Assembly: GCA_009779855.1 (NCBI GenBank)
Contig: WRBC01000004.1
Coordinates: 30,769 to 94,768, forward strand
Direction of reading: 5' to 3'
DNA: 64,000 nt
Origin: Coriobacteriia bacterium
Lineage (GTDB): Bacteria; Actinomycetota; Coriobacteriia; WRKU01; WQUG01
Of the stretch, positions 42,908-53,442 are shown one piece after another (the stretch's first letter is position 1; each line of letters begins with the position of its first letter). Made by a program: the position numbers and the translations under genes. The notes beneath the pieces are model-generated. The model was not told where the DNA came from, did no database searches, and was given only the letters and a program-made list of their open reading frames with translations.

Positions 42908-44909
42908 CGATCAGGAACTTTTAAAGCGCGTTCTTTATGAAGGCAGGCATGATGATGGCGAGGAAATAAGTCAAGATATGCAGGCACAAAAGTCTGCTGC
43001 CGAACAGAGAAAAAAGCTAATTCAAAAAGAGAAGAAGAAAACGCGTCGCAGGGGATTTCTGCGTGTTGCAGTGCCGCTTATGATTGTGTTTTTGTTGTTG
43101 GGTGGCGCACTTGCTTTTGAGTACCTTTCAAGCTGGGATAGGGTTCATCGTAATGTTGTGGTTGCCGGTATAGAAATCGGAGGAAAGACTCCTGATGAAG
43201 CAAAAGTTTATCTGAATGATAGATTGGCTACCTACGCTGAGACACCCGTAAGTATTCAGTTTGTTCCCGAAGACGAAGAAGATGCAGGTGAACTTGCCAT
43301 CGAGGCAGATTCAGAAGACGCAGAAGGCTCCTATGAAGAAGGTGAGAATGGCTACAACTGGATGCTTTTAGCCGAAGATATTGGTCTAAGTTTCGACACT
43401 ACTGAAGCTGTTGACCTAGCATATTCCTTTGGGCGCGGGGGGAGTGTTCTGGACGACTTTTATGATCGCTTCATGAGTTACTTTGAAGCACATCGTGTTG
43501 GCTTGCAGTTCTCTTATAATGAAGAGCTTGCTGCTGAAAACTTTGAGCCAGTTCGCGAAATTGTCAATTTGGAGCCAACGGATTCAAGAGTGGTGCTTGA
43601 AGATGGAACCTTTGTTGTAGATAGCGGGAGCGATGGTATTGTTCTGGGCGAGTCAGAGCTTGTTGACCTGATAGCAGAAGCAGTACTTCTCCAAAACTAT
43701 GATATAGAAACAGTGCTTGAAGCTTATCCGCGCTACATCGATGATGAAAATGCACAACGCGCTGCAAATACTGCCAATGATGCAATTGAATTGCCTGTCG
43801 ATGTAAACTATGGCGAAAGAAATTGGACTTTTGAGCCTGCAGATGTTGCTCAGCTTATTGAGTTCAAACGCAGTGACAGAGTTGAAGATGATGACATTTT
43901 GCTTGCCTCAAGAGAGCCAGCTCCTTCTGCAGAGCATAGCTTAGAGACTTTTATATCAACAGATGAGGTGAGCGAGCGCGTTATCGGACGCCTGGGAACA
44001 GACGTAGGCAGTTCACCAAGGGATGCTCAGTTTACCGTGAGTGGGGATAGCGTAACCATTCAGCCCTCAATAACAGGCTCTGGAGTGGATGCTCAACAGC
44101 TCACTCTTGATTTGTCTCAAGCTCTTATGAATGTAAGTCCTGAGCAGCGCAGTGTCGAAGTTACTCTAAGGGATATCAGCCCGCGTCGAACCACTGAAGA
44201 TGCAGAAGCTATGGGTATCAATGAGCGAATCGGAGGCTACACTACCAACTTTAGCCTAGGAAATGCCCCGCGTCTTCACAATATTCAACTTATGGCGCGC
44301 ATGTTAGATGGCATTATTGTGGCTCCTGGTGAGGAATTCTCTATCAACGGAGCAACGGGGTACCGTACTGCCGCTGATGGCTTTCAGGCGGCAGGTGTAA
44401 TTGTGCAAGGTGAAATGTCAACTGCTGTAGGTGGTGGGATCTGTCAGGTTTCGACTACGATGTTCAATGCTGCCATGAGTACAGGTTTCCAGATTACTCA
44501 GCGCATTAATCATTCGGTCTTCCTAAGCTCCTACAATCCAGGAAAGGATGCGGCAATTGCAGCACATGGTCCTGATTTTCGCTTTAGGAACACTCTGGAT
44601 AGTCACGTGCTTATCTCGACCTCTTCTACCGATTCTTCAATAACAATCTCCTTTTTTGGAACAGATCCAGGGTATGACATAGACATCCGAACAGGCACTT
44701 TTACACGAAGTGACTTTAGTACCACAGAAATTCGTGATAGTGCTATCCCAAGAGGGGAACGCAGGGTTGAGCGCGCGGGACAACGTGGGGGCACTGTCAA
44801 CGTGTACTACACTGTTCGTAGCGGGGATCGTGTCGTTAGAGAGCAGACCTTTACAAGCAGATATAGAACAGTCGATCAGATTGTGCGTATAGGTACAGGA
44901 AGTGACTAG
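42897..44909 (+). CDS. VanW-family protein (TM anchor, PG-binding-like repeats, VanW domain, G5-like C-terminus)
   Basis: 'GYTTNFSLGNAPRLHNIQLMARMLDGIIVAPGEEFSINGATG' and 'GGGICQVSTTMFNAA' are VanW-core motifs. ATG 42897 overlaps the pgsA stop. Confidence 0.8.
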   Translation: MQLSDQELLKRVLYEGRHDDGEEISQDMQAQKSAAEQRKKLIQKEKKKTRRRGFLRVAVPLMIVFLLLGGALAFEYLSSWDRVHRNVVVAGIEIGGKTPDEAKVYLNDRLATYAETPVSIQFVPEDEEDAGELAIEADSEDAEGSYEEGENGYNWMLLAEDIGLSFDTTEAVDLAYSFGRGGSVLDDFYDRFMSYFEAHRVGLQFSYNEELAAENFEPVREIVNLEPTDSRVVLEDGTFVVDSGSDGIVLGESELVDLIAEAVLLQNYDIETVLEAYPRYIDDENAQRAANTANDAIELPVDVNYGERNWTFEPADVAQLIEFKRSDRVEDDDILLASREPAPSAEHSLETFISTDEVSERVIGRLGTDVGSSPRDAQFTVSGDSVTIQPSITGSGVDAQQLTLDLSQALMNVSPEQRSVEVTLRDISPRRTTEDAEAMGINERIGGYTTNFSLGNAPRLHNIQLMARMLDGIIVAPGEEFSINGATGYRTAADGFQAAGVIVQGEMSTAVGGGICQVSTTMFNAAMSTGFQITQRINHSVFLSSYNPGKDAAIAAHGPDFRFRNTLDSHVLISTSSTDSSITISFFGTDPGYDIDIRTGTFTRSDFSTTEIRDSAIPRGERRVERAGQRGGTVNVYYTVRSGDRVVREQTFTSRYRTVDQIVRIGTGSD

Positions 44910-44917
44910 GAGGATCA

Positions 44918-45352
44918 ATGGCGCAACAACTTTCAGTATTTCTTGAGGATGCCCCAGGTCGCTTAAATCAGCTTACTCGCGTATTGGGAGACCGCAAAAT
45001 AAACATGCATGCACTCTTCTTATCGAAAGAGGGTGATTTCGGTGTAGTACGTATTATTTGTGACAAGACTGAACATGCCCTGATTGTGCTTAAAAAGGCA
45101 GGATTTTCGGTGGCCACTACAGACATTGTTGCGGTTGCGATTCCTGATACACCGGGAGCTCTGGGAAAGCTTTTCGAGGTCATAGCTAATGCCGACATTG
45201 ATATTAGCTATGCCTATTGCATCGTTGATCCTGCAAGTAAACAAGCAGTCAATTTCTGCCGATTTAAGACTCCGCACGCTGCAGAGATTATAACAAGCGC
45301 TGGCTTCACTGTTTTGGGTGATAGTGTTTTTCATGAAAATAATGACAAGTAG
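44918..45352 (+). CDS. ACT-domain protein
   Basis: Two tandem ~65-aa units, 'LSVFLEDAPGRLNQLTRVLGDRKINMHAL' and 'VAVAIPDTPGALGKLFEVIANADIDISYAY', match the ACT pattern. Confidence 0.7.
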   Translation: MAQQLSVFLEDAPGRLNQLTRVLGDRKINMHALFLSKEGDFGVVRIICDKTEHALIVLKKAGFSVATTDIVAVAIPDTPGALGKLFEVIANADIDISYAYCIVDPASKQAVNFCRFKTPHAAEIITSAGFTVLGDSVFHENNDK

Positions 45353-45370
45353 TAAATGTCTTAGACACGA

Positions 45371-46588
45371 ATGAAAGCATCTATGCAATCGATTAAAAAA
45401 GTCATAGCTCTTTTCTTTCTGGTGTTTGCGCTATTCGTGTCTACAATTGTGCCACCTGCAGCAATTGCTAGTGTTCGTGGAATAGACCAACTAGACGGGG
45501 TGCGCTGGGCAGAATTTGACATTCAGCAAGAAATCATGCCAGAGGTTTCAATGGCCGCAGGAGCCCTCGTAACCAGCGATGGTCGAATTTTGTGGTCACG
45601 CAATCTTGATGAGAGACGGTCACCTGCCTCGATCACAAAGGTGATGACAGCAATCCTTGCCGTTGAGCATCTGGACGCAGATGAAGCGTTTACGCTTCCT
45701 GCAATGCCTATTGGTCCTGGTGAATCTAGGGCACACCTTAGAGAGGGCGATGTGCTTACTCGTGAGCAATTGCTGCAGGCTTTACTTATTGTTTCTGGAA
45801 ATGATGCCGCATATGCCATAGCGGTTTCAGTTGCAGGAGACATATCCAACTTTACAGAGATGATGAATGAACGTGCACTGCAGTTAGGAATGAACGATAC
45901 GCAATTCAGAAATGCTTCAGGAATAGATCAGTCGGGTCAGTTTTCAACTGCCCGTGATATTGCAACCCTGTCACGCTTTGCTCTTGAAATTCCAGAAATC
46001 AGAGAAGTCGTAGGTACGACAGAGGTTGAGATTACTACAAGCAGAACAGCACACGAATTGATAAATACTAATGTACTGCTGCAGTCTTATGACGGTGCGA
46101 CCGGAGTTAAGACAGGATTTACCCGTGATGCAGGCTTTAGCCTTTCTATGTCGGCCCAGCGCGAAGATGTAGAACTTTTTGCTGTTGTCTTAGGCAGCAA
46201 TACTGATCTTGCGCGCTTTTTTGATGCACGGTATCTGCTAGATTTTGGCTTTACGCATTACCGTGCACAGAATCTTGCAATCAAAAATGCTGTTGTGGGA
46301 AGAGCAGACGTCGTCAATTTTCCTGACAGAAACGTGCAAGTTGCCGTAAGTGAAGATGTGCTACTGCCTGTGCTTGATTTGGCAGGTCCTATAGAACAAA
46401 GTATTGAAATCAATGATGTGCGCTCTCCTGTGAATCGGGGGGACACCTTAGGACATATTTCATTTACCCAGCGCGATAGATTGATTGCTCGTGTACCGCT
46501 GGTCGCAACACAAGATGTAAATAACCCTTTTTTCTTGGTTCAGTGGTACTATAATGCCGTTATCGCATGGAGAAATAGATCCAACTAA
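45371..46588 (+). CDS. dacB: D-alanyl-D-alanine carboxypeptidase (class A low-MW PBP)
   Basis: Signal peptide, SxxK 'SPASITKVMTA', SxN 'VSGNDAA' and KTG 'GVKTGFT' are present. Confidence 0.88.
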   Translation: MKASMQSIKKVIALFFLVFALFVSTIVPPAAIASVRGIDQLDGVRWAEFDIQQEIMPEVSMAAGALVTSDGRILWSRNLDERRSPASITKVMTAILAVEHLDADEAFTLPAMPIGPGESRAHLREGDVLTREQLLQALLIVSGNDAAYAIAVSVAGDISNFTEMMNERALQLGMNDTQFRNASGIDQSGQFSTARDIATLSRFALEIPEIREVVGTTEVEITTSRTAHELINTNVLLQSYDGATGVKTGFTRDAGFSLSMSAQREDVELFAVVLGSNTDLARFFDARYLLDFGFTHYRAQNLAIKNAVVGRADVVNFPDRNVQVAVSEDVLLPVLDLAGPIEQSIEINDVRSPVNRGDTLGHISFTQRDRLIARVPLVATQDVNNPFFLVQWYYNAVIAWRNRSN

Positions 46589-46617
46589 CTTCAACACACT
46601 ACTCGAAAGGCAACTAG

Positions 46618-47721
46618 ATGAGCAAAAGCAAAGATGCTGTAACTAAAATAAGCAAAACACCTCTGCATGACGAGCACCTTTCTCTGGGCGCTACCATGGT
46701 TTCCTTTGCTGGCTTTGACATGCCCTTGCAGTATCAGGGTATAGTTGAAGAGCATCTTGCTACACGCGAATCAGTTGGCATTTTTGATGTTTCTCATATG
46801 GCAACTCTAAGAATTCGTGGTGAAGGTTCGTGGCAGTTCTTGCAACATATCTTAGCTAATGACCTTGAAAAGATTGAAAATATTGGGGCAGCGCAATATA
46901 GTCTACTCTTAGACGAGGATGGTCATATTATTGATGATCTTATTGTCTACAATACAGGTGCAGAATTTATGCTGATTGTAAACGCGAGTAACGCGCAAAC
47001 AGATTTTGACTGGATGATACAGCACTGCCCTGATGATGTTGAAATATTTGATGAGTCCGAACGCACAGCAATCATTGCAGTGCAAGGTCCAGAAGCTCTT
47101 GAGGTTATTGCAGAACTTGCTGAAGAGGACGACTGGGATCCTCCAAAACGCTTTCATCTTGCTCCGCTAACCATGGTCGGAGGAGCAAATATGCTTGTTG
47201 CCCGCACTGGATACACAGGAGAAGATGGTGTAGAGCTAATTATGCACAGGGAAGATGCTGTTGCTGTATGGCGAGTTCTTATGTCGTTCGAGAACGTAAA
47301 TCCTATAGGATTAGGTGCGCGTGATACCTTGCGCTTAGAAATGGGATATCACCTTTACGGCAATGATATGGATCGTAGCCGCAACCCAATAGAAGCAGGG
47401 TTAGGATGGGTTTGTCCGAAGACTAAGACTGGTTACATAGGTGCAGAAGCAGTAGCAAAAGCGCGTGACGAAGGCTGCAAAGAAAAGCTGGCTTACTTGA
47501 AAATCACAGGAGGTATTCCGCGTGAAGGATATCCTGTATTAGATGTTGAGAAGGAAATAGGCACGATTGCTAGTGGATCCCATTCGCCCTCTTTAGGAGT
47601 AGGTATCGCAACGGTTTATTTGCCTAGAAAGTTTGCCGTAGAGGGCACAAAGCTTCAGATAGGCATTCGTAAGCGCAGGGCAGAGGCAGAAGTAGTTAAG
47701 CCGCCCTTCTATAAGAAATAA
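46618..47721 (+). CDS. gcvT: glycine cleavage system aminomethyltransferase (T protein)
   Basis: 'TPLHDEHLSLGATMVSFAGFDMPLQY', 'FDVSHMA', 'ARTGYTGEDGVEL' and 'GLGARDTLRLEMG' are present. Confidence 0.95.
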   Translation: MSKSKDAVTKISKTPLHDEHLSLGATMVSFAGFDMPLQYQGIVEEHLATRESVGIFDVSHMATLRIRGEGSWQFLQHILANDLEKIENIGAAQYSLLLDEDGHIIDDLIVYNTGAEFMLIVNASNAQTDFDWMIQHCPDDVEIFDESERTAIIAVQGPEALEVIAELAEEDDWDPPKRFHLAPLTMVGGANMLVARTGYTGEDGVELIMHREDAVAVWRVLMSFENVNPIGLGARDTLRLEMGYHLYGNDMDRSRNPIEAGLGWVCPKTKTGYIGAEAVAKARDEGCKEKLAYLKITGGIPREGYPVLDVEKEIGTIASGSHSPSLGVGIATVYLPRKFAVEGTKLQIGIRKRRAEAEVVKPPFYKK

Positions 47722-47733
47722 TTTTTCCGAAAG

Positions 47734-48762
47734 ATGATTTACATCGAAAGCAGTAGTCATGACGCTGCTTATAATTTTTCAATTGAAGATTATCTGCTGC
47801 ATCACGCAGAATTAACCTGTCCAATAGTTATGTTGTGGCAAACTAAACCCTGCGTCATGATAGGCCAGTACCAAATTGCTGACCTTGAGGTGGATAAGGT
47901 TCGTGCCAAAGAAAAAAATGTTGCTATCGTTCGTAGACCCAGTGGCGGCGGAGCAATCTACACAGATGAAGGCACCTTTTTACTTAGTCTAATTTTGCCT
48001 GCAGGCGTTAGTGAGATAGGCGCTGCTGACATTCTTCCGCAAAATCAGGCGCGTACAAGGTTTATTGATTTGCTTATTGGTGCACTTACTGAAATGGGAA
48101 TACCTGCACAACTTGAAGGCAGAAATGACATTTTGCTTGCAGGTAAGAAAATTTCAGGAATGGCGCAGCACGTAAAGGCGGGTAAGTCTTGCACACACGC
48201 TTCATTACTTTTCGACGCTGACTTAGAATCATTGGCAAGCCTGCTGCGTGTCGACGATGAGAAATTTCGCACAAAAGCAGTGAAGTCTATTCGTAGTCGT
48301 GTGACCAATATCAAGGACTCTGCAAGCAGTGGTGATGTTGCCTTGGGCAGCACAGCAGAAGAGTTCGCCTGTACCTTTAAATCGGTGCTGCTTGCTATGA
48401 CGAACGCAAAGTTACACACTTTTACTCCTGCTGAGGGCGCACAAATAGAGCAGATTTACCAAGAAAAGTATGGTAATTCGGCATGGACTTATACGAAAAC
48501 ACCAAAATTTAGCACTCATACTACAAGACGTTTTCCCGGTGGGAAGGTTGAGGTTTTCCTTGAAATAGTAAAGGGTAGGGTAGATGCCTGTGCTATCCAT
48601 GGTGATTTTTTAGGAACAACCCCTATAACATCACTAGAGAAAAAATTAATCGGGCTAGAGTATTCACCCAGATGTTTTGAAAAAGCCCTAGATCAAATAG
48701 CTTTAACTCCCTATCTGGGAGACATTACTGCAGAAGAATTGCTTTCTTGTGTCTTTGACTGA
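47734..48762 (+). CDS. lplA: lipoate--protein ligase A
   Basis: 'VRRPSGGGAIYTDEG' and 'GKKISGMAQH' (lipoyl-AMP binding lysine motif) are present. The gene sits inside the gcv operon. Confidence 0.88.
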   Translation: MIYIESSSHDAAYNFSIEDYLLHHAELTCPIVMLWQTKPCVMIGQYQIADLEVDKVRAKEKNVAIVRRPSGGGAIYTDEGTFLLSLILPAGVSEIGAADILPQNQARTRFIDLLIGALTEMGIPAQLEGRNDILLAGKKISGMAQHVKAGKSCTHASLLFDADLESLASLLRVDDEKFRTKAVKSIRSRVTNIKDSASSGDVALGSTAEEFACTFKSVLLAMTNAKLHTFTPAEGAQIEQIYQEKYGNSAWTYTKTPKFSTHTTRRFPGGKVEVFLEIVKGRVDACAIHGDFLGTTPITSLEKKLIGLEYSPRCFEKALDQIALTPYLGDITAEELLSCVFD

Positions 48763-49642
48763 AGCATACGCACAAGGTCACAATGATAGATCCACTTTGC
48801 GTAAGCCAGACTGGCTGCGGGTGCCTCGCAGGTCAAGTCCTGAGCAAAGTGAAGTAGAGGGCTTGCTAAAAGAACTAGGGTTGAACACGGTCTGCAAGGA
48901 AGCCAATTGCCCCAATTACTCAGACTGCTTTTCGCGCAAAACAGCTACCTTTATGATTATGGGTACTGACTGCACGCGCAACTGCCGATTCTGTAACGTA
49001 AAAACGTCAAAACCGCAAGGGCTTGATGCTGATGAGCCTCTTAACGTTGCGCAGGCTGTGCAGCGATTGGGGCTTCGGTATGTAGTCATTACTGCAGTCA
49101 CAAGAGATGACCTGCCAGATGGAGGAGCATCACACTTTGCCGCGACGATTCGCGCTGTGCGCAGAAAATCTCCACAAGCTGCAATAGAGGTACTTGTTCC
49201 TGACTTCAAGGGCAATAAAGAAGCCATCCTTGCTGTAGTACAGGCAGGGCCTGATGTAATCAGTCACAATATCGAGACAGTGCCCGCACTTTATTCACGG
49301 GTACGCTCACAAGCCAATTATCGACGTTCACTTGGTTTACTGGCAGAAGTCAAGCGTCTTGACTCAAGCATCAAGACAAAATCAGGAATCATGCTTGGGC
49401 TAGGTGAAGTGCGGAAGCAGGTTCTAGAGGTGTTTGATGATTTGATGGAAGCAAGCTGCGAGATCTTGACAGTCGGACAATATTTGTCACCCAGCCTTGA
49501 CCATTATCCTGTTCAGGAATTCATCGAGCCAGAAATTTTTGACAATTATAGAAAAATAGCCTATGAAAAAGGTTTCGGTTTTGTAGCGTCTGCTCCCCTT
49601 GTGAGAAGTTCGTACCAAGCAGAAGAGGCACTTCATAGGTAA
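48749..49642 (+). CDS. lipA: lipoyl synthase
   Basis: 'CKEANCPN' is the auxiliary cluster and 'CTRNCRFCNV' the radical-SAM CX3CX2C. 'TKSGIMLGLGE' is also present. GTG start overlaps the lplA stop. Confidence 0.95.
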   Translation: MSLTEAYAQGHNDRSTLRKPDWLRVPRRSSPEQSEVEGLLKELGLNTVCKEANCPNYSDCFSRKTATFMIMGTDCTRNCRFCNVKTSKPQGLDADEPLNVAQAVQRLGLRYVVITAVTRDDLPDGGASHFAATIRAVRRKSPQAAIEVLVPDFKGNKEAILAVVQAGPDVISHNIETVPALYSRVRSQANYRRSLGLLAEVKRLDSSIKTKSGIMLGLGEVRKQVLEVFDDLMEASCEILTVGQYLSPSLDHYPVQEFIEPEIFDNYRKIAYEKGFGFVASAPLVRSSYQAEEALHR

Positions 49643-49837
49643 TCTCTTAGGCTTAAGAAACTGTTACTTAGATTGTGCTGTTCGTTAAGCATATTTTCCC
49701 TTAATGTTTCATACAATTTCATGATGCATTTGGTACTATTACATACGTTAAAACATTCATTAGAGTTGAGGGTGCGCGTGACCATGCTGTCACGCGTGTT
49801 TACATGAGTAAGCTGGCTAAAATTGAAAGGGGTACGG

Positions 49838-50215
49838 ATGGCATCTCCAACCGATCGTAAGTATTCTACCGACCACGAATGGGTTCTTGTTGATGGCGAT
49901 GTGGCAACTATTGGCATAACTAAATATGCTGCCGATCAATTAGGATCTATTGTTTTTGTAGAGCTCCCCGAAGAGGGTGAGAGCTTTGGCTCAGAGGACG
50001 CTTACGGTGAAGTTGAAAGCGTGAAGTCGGTATCTGAACTGCTTCTTCCTGTGGGGGGAGAGGTTGTAGCCATTAACCAGGCACTCGAGGATGCTCCAGA
50101 GACGGTAAATGATGACCCCTATGGTGAGGGTTGGCTTGTGCGTGTTCGTTTGGACAACAAGGGCGACCTTGACGAACTGATTGACGGTGCTGCTTACGAC
50201 GCAAGCTTAGCCTAA
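49838..50215 (+). CDS. gcvH: glycine cleavage system H protein
   Basis: 'YSTDHEWV', the lipoyl-lysine motif 'VESVKSVSEL' and 'DPYGEGWL' are present. ATG 49838 follows a GAAAGGGG SD. Confidence 0.95.
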   Translation: MASPTDRKYSTDHEWVLVDGDVATIGITKYAADQLGSIVFVELPEEGESFGSEDAYGEVESVKSVSELLLPVGGEVVAINQALEDAPETVNDDPYGEGWLVRVRLDNKGDLDELIDGAAYDASLA

Positions 50216-50223
50216 GGTCAAGC

Positions 50224-51642
50224 ATGAATTATATTTCGATAACACAAAATCAGCGTAAGCTGATGTTACAGCGTGTTGATGCAGCAAGCACTGACGAACT
50301 TTACGAGGTTGTTCCTGAAAGTGTGCGCCTAGATAGTGTTCCTAAGGTAACGGGAGGCATGTCAGAAATCGACCTCAGCCGTCAACTGGCAGAGCTCGCC
50401 AACATCAATGTTGCCGCGCATGAGTATACATCTTTTGCTGGTGCAGGTTGCTACGACCACTACTCACCGGCCTTTATTGATCACCTGTTACGTAGGCCTG
50501 AATTCTTCACTGCATACACGCCTTATCAGCCCGAAGTTAGCCAGGGCACGCTTCAGGCGATATATGAATATCAGACAGGCATCTGCGAACTTACGGGCAT
50601 GGATGTTGCAAACGCCAGCATGTATGATGGCGCAACAGCTCTAGTTGAGGCTGCCTTTATGGCGCTTCGCCTGACCCGTGGTAAACGTAAGGTAATGCTA
50701 GTATCAGAGGCTTTGCATCCTGAGAAACTTGAAACCATGATGACTTATGCAAGTTCTGAACTTATTGATCCCGTGTTTGTGCCCGTAAATGATGAACTCA
50801 TTACTGACAGTCAGGCGTTTTTATCCCTGCTGGAAGAATATGCTGGTGAAGTAGCAGCAGTACTGCTGCCTTATCCGAATTTCTTCGGCATTATCGAAGA
50901 TGTTTCACCGCTCATCATAGCAGCAAAAGAGGCTGGTGCGTACGTAGTGCTTGACACTAACCCCATCATGCTGGGACTCTTGAAGCGTCCTGCAGAGTTA
51001 GGTGCCGACATAGTTGTGGGTGAGGGTCAACCGCTGGGTAGTGCTATGAGTTTTGGTGGTCCAGGACTTGGCTATTTTGCCTGCACTCAAAAGTGCGTGC
51101 GTCAACTACCCGGTCGTCTTGTAGGGCGCACTACTGATGTTGACGGAAACCGGGGTTATGTTCTGACTATGTCAACGCGCGAACAGCATATACGCCGGGA
51201 AAAGGCAACTTCTAACATCTGCAGTAATCATGCCTTAAATGCATTGATTGCAGGCATGTATCTTGCTGCGGTTGGCAGCAAAGGACTTAAAGACATCGCC
51301 ACTGATTGTGTGACGAAGGCACATTACTTGCGTAATGAATTGCTTACCACGGGATTATTCGTATCGCCAAAATCAGACAATGTGCAATCTTTTGGCTATG
51401 AATTTCCTCTTGTTTATACAGGCAGCTTACCAATAACGTTATGGCATGACGAACTGTTCGAGCGTGGCTACCTTGCAGGCGTAATACTTGCAGAAGGAAG
51501 CCTATCCAACGAAGACGAGGGTCACCTTGACGATACTGCTGACAACAGTGCGGAAACCTCACTTGTTCTTTTCGCTACAACAGAGAAGCGCACACGTGCA
51601 GAGATCGATGAGTTTGTACAGGTGGTGAAGGACCTTGGATAA
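50224..51642 (+). CDS. gcvPA: glycine dehydrogenase (decarboxylating) subunit 1
   Basis: 'FAGAGCYDHYSPAFIDHL', 'FFTAYTPYQPEVSQGTLQAIYEYQT' and 'REQHIRREKATSNICSN' are present. Confidence 0.95.
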   Translation: MNYISITQNQRKLMLQRVDAASTDELYEVVPESVRLDSVPKVTGGMSEIDLSRQLAELANINVAAHEYTSFAGAGCYDHYSPAFIDHLLRRPEFFTAYTPYQPEVSQGTLQAIYEYQTGICELTGMDVANASMYDGATALVEAAFMALRLTRGKRKVMLVSEALHPEKLETMMTYASSELIDPVFVPVNDELITDSQAFLSLLEEYAGEVAAVLLPYPNFFGIIEDVSPLIIAAKEAGAYVVLDTNPIMLGLLKRPAELGADIVVGEGQPLGSAMSFGGPGLGYFACTQKCVRQLPGRLVGRTTDVDGNRGYVLTMSTREQHIRREKATSNICSNHALNALIAGMYLAAVGSKGLKDIATDCVTKAHYLRNELLTTGLFVSPKSDNVQSFGYEFPLVYTGSLPITLWHDELFERGYLAGVILAEGSLSNEDEGHLDDTADNSAETSLVLFATTEKRTRAEIDEFVQVVKDLG

Positions 51643-53182
51643 AGCAGCAATCACTCCAGAAGTGCACTCTGATGCTAGTTACAACTGCAGCTATAGGGGA
51701 CCAAAGGAGACAATTTATGAGTTGTCAGAAGTAGGACGAAGCTGTCTTGAAGCCCCTGCAAGCGAACTTCCAAACCTTGACCTGAAAGCCATTCCTTTGT
51801 TGTCAGATTACCTGGCAACTGACGAAGAAGGCCCAACACTGCCACAGGTCACAGAGACTGATATTATGCGCCACTATACTCACCTAGCTTCGATGAATTT
51901 CGGTGTTGATGGGGGTATGTACCCGCTGGGATCATGTACCATGAAATACAATCCTCGCTTGAATGAAGATGCTGCTCGATTACCAGGCTTTGCCAGCCTG
52001 CATCCTTATCAGCCAGAATATAGTGTGCAGGGTATTTTGCAAATTATGCATGAGCTGCAGGAAGATTTGGCAGAAATCGCAGGTTTTGATGCGACATCTT
52101 TGCAACCCTCTGCAGGCGCACACGGCGAATACGCAGCGTTAATGGCTTTTCGGTCCGCACATTTAGTGCGTACAGAGGGTAAAACTGCTCGCAACAAGGT
52201 CATTATTCCAGATACAGCACATGGGACTAATCCTGCATCTGTTGCAATGGCTGGTTATCAAACAGTGACGGTACCTTCTAGTTCAGAAGGTCTGGTGGAC
52301 CTGGATGCACTCCGCGAATTGCTTGATGAAGATGTGGCAGCTTTCATGTTAACTAATCCTAATACTTTGGGACTGTTTGAACCGCAGATTGTCGAGATTA
52401 ACGAAGCTTGTCATGCTGTTGGTGCCTTTACCTACTGCGACGGGGCAAATCTAAATGCGATACTAGGAGTTGCCAGGCCAGGGGACATGGGCTTTGATGC
52501 GTTGCATATCAATTTGCATAAGACGTTTTCTACCCCACATGGAGGGGGAGGCCCAGGTGCTGGACCAATTTGTGTAAAAGAGGAACTTGCACCCTTTTTA
52601 CCTGGCCCGGTAGTTACGAAATTTACACATGGTGATACTGGCCTAGATTTGTACACGTTGGCGATGCCAGAGAATTCTATCGGCAGAGTGCGTAGTTTCT
52701 ATGGGAACGTTAGCGTAATGGTGCGGGCGTGGACTTATATCCGCTCTTTAGGTGGAGACGGACTAAAAGATGTTGCACACCAGGCAGTACTTTCAGCAAA
52801 TTATCTGAGGGTGGTTTTACAGGACCACTTCAAGGTTGCCTTCGATACCACCTGCATGCATGAATTTGTACTGACGGGCGCCCCCTTTAAAGATGCGCAT
52901 GGGGTTCGTACACTTGACGTGGCGAAGCGCTTGCTAGACTATGGTTTCCATCCGCCAACCATTTACTTCCCCTTACTCGTGGATGAAGCTATGATGATTG
53001 AGCCAACAGAAACAGAGCCCTTGAAAGACCTTGATGCTTTTGCAGATGCAATGATTGCTATTGCAAGAGAGATTAAAGAAACCCCGGAGCTACTACAGGG
53101 TGCGCCCTATACAACTCCGGTTAGGCGCCTAGATGAAGCTGCGGCTGTGCGAAACCCGGAACTTAGATGGAGGAAAGATTAA
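51635..53182 (+). CDS. gcvPB: glycine dehydrogenase (decarboxylating) subunit 2
   Basis: 'YPLGSCTMKYNP', 'LQPSAGAHGEYA' and the PLP-lysine 'NLHKTFSTPHGGGGPG' are present. TTG start overlaps the gcvPA end. Confidence 0.93.
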   Translation: MDKAAITPEVHSDASYNCSYRGPKETIYELSEVGRSCLEAPASELPNLDLKAIPLLSDYLATDEEGPTLPQVTETDIMRHYTHLASMNFGVDGGMYPLGSCTMKYNPRLNEDAARLPGFASLHPYQPEYSVQGILQIMHELQEDLAEIAGFDATSLQPSAGAHGEYAALMAFRSAHLVRTEGKTARNKVIIPDTAHGTNPASVAMAGYQTVTVPSSSEGLVDLDALRELLDEDVAAFMLTNPNTLGLFEPQIVEINEACHAVGAFTYCDGANLNAILGVARPGDMGFDALHINLHKTFSTPHGGGGPGAGPICVKEELAPFLPGPVVTKFTHGDTGLDLYTLAMPENSIGRVRSFYGNVSVMVRAWTYIRSLGGDGLKDVAHQAVLSANYLRVVLQDHFKVAFDTTCMHEFVLTGAPFKDAHGVRTLDVAKRLLDYGFHPPTIYFPLLVDEAMMIEPTETEPLKDLDAFADAMIAIAREIKETPELLQGAPYTTPVRRLDEAAAVRNPELRWRKD

Positions 53183-53439
53183 TGTTTAGATTTGGGAAGA
53201 GAAACAAAGATAAGAAGTCCAACCTTTTCTTGAGTGTTCCAGAAACACGCGCAATAGAGTACATTGTTCGTGAAATGACAGAGTCTGAACGTGATCTTTT
53301 TGACATTATGGAAGACCCTTTTGTGCGTAATCGCATTGTAGAAGAAAGGCGTTATGCCATTAAGCAAGATGAGGAGCTTCTAGAAGCCTTTCAGCAAGAG
53401 ATTGATCGCGTGCGTATCCGTCTTGAAGAGGATCAATAG
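53182..53439 (+). CDS. small charged hypothetical protein
   Basis: 85 aa. The ATG overlaps the gcvPB TAA (TAATG) and follows a GGAGGAAAG SD. I recognise no family. Confidence 0.45.
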   Translation: MFRFGKRNKDKKSNLFLSVPETRAIEYIVREMTESERDLFDIMEDPFVRNRIVEERRYAIKQDEELLEAFQQEIDRVRIRLEEDQ

Positions 53440-53442
53440 AAG

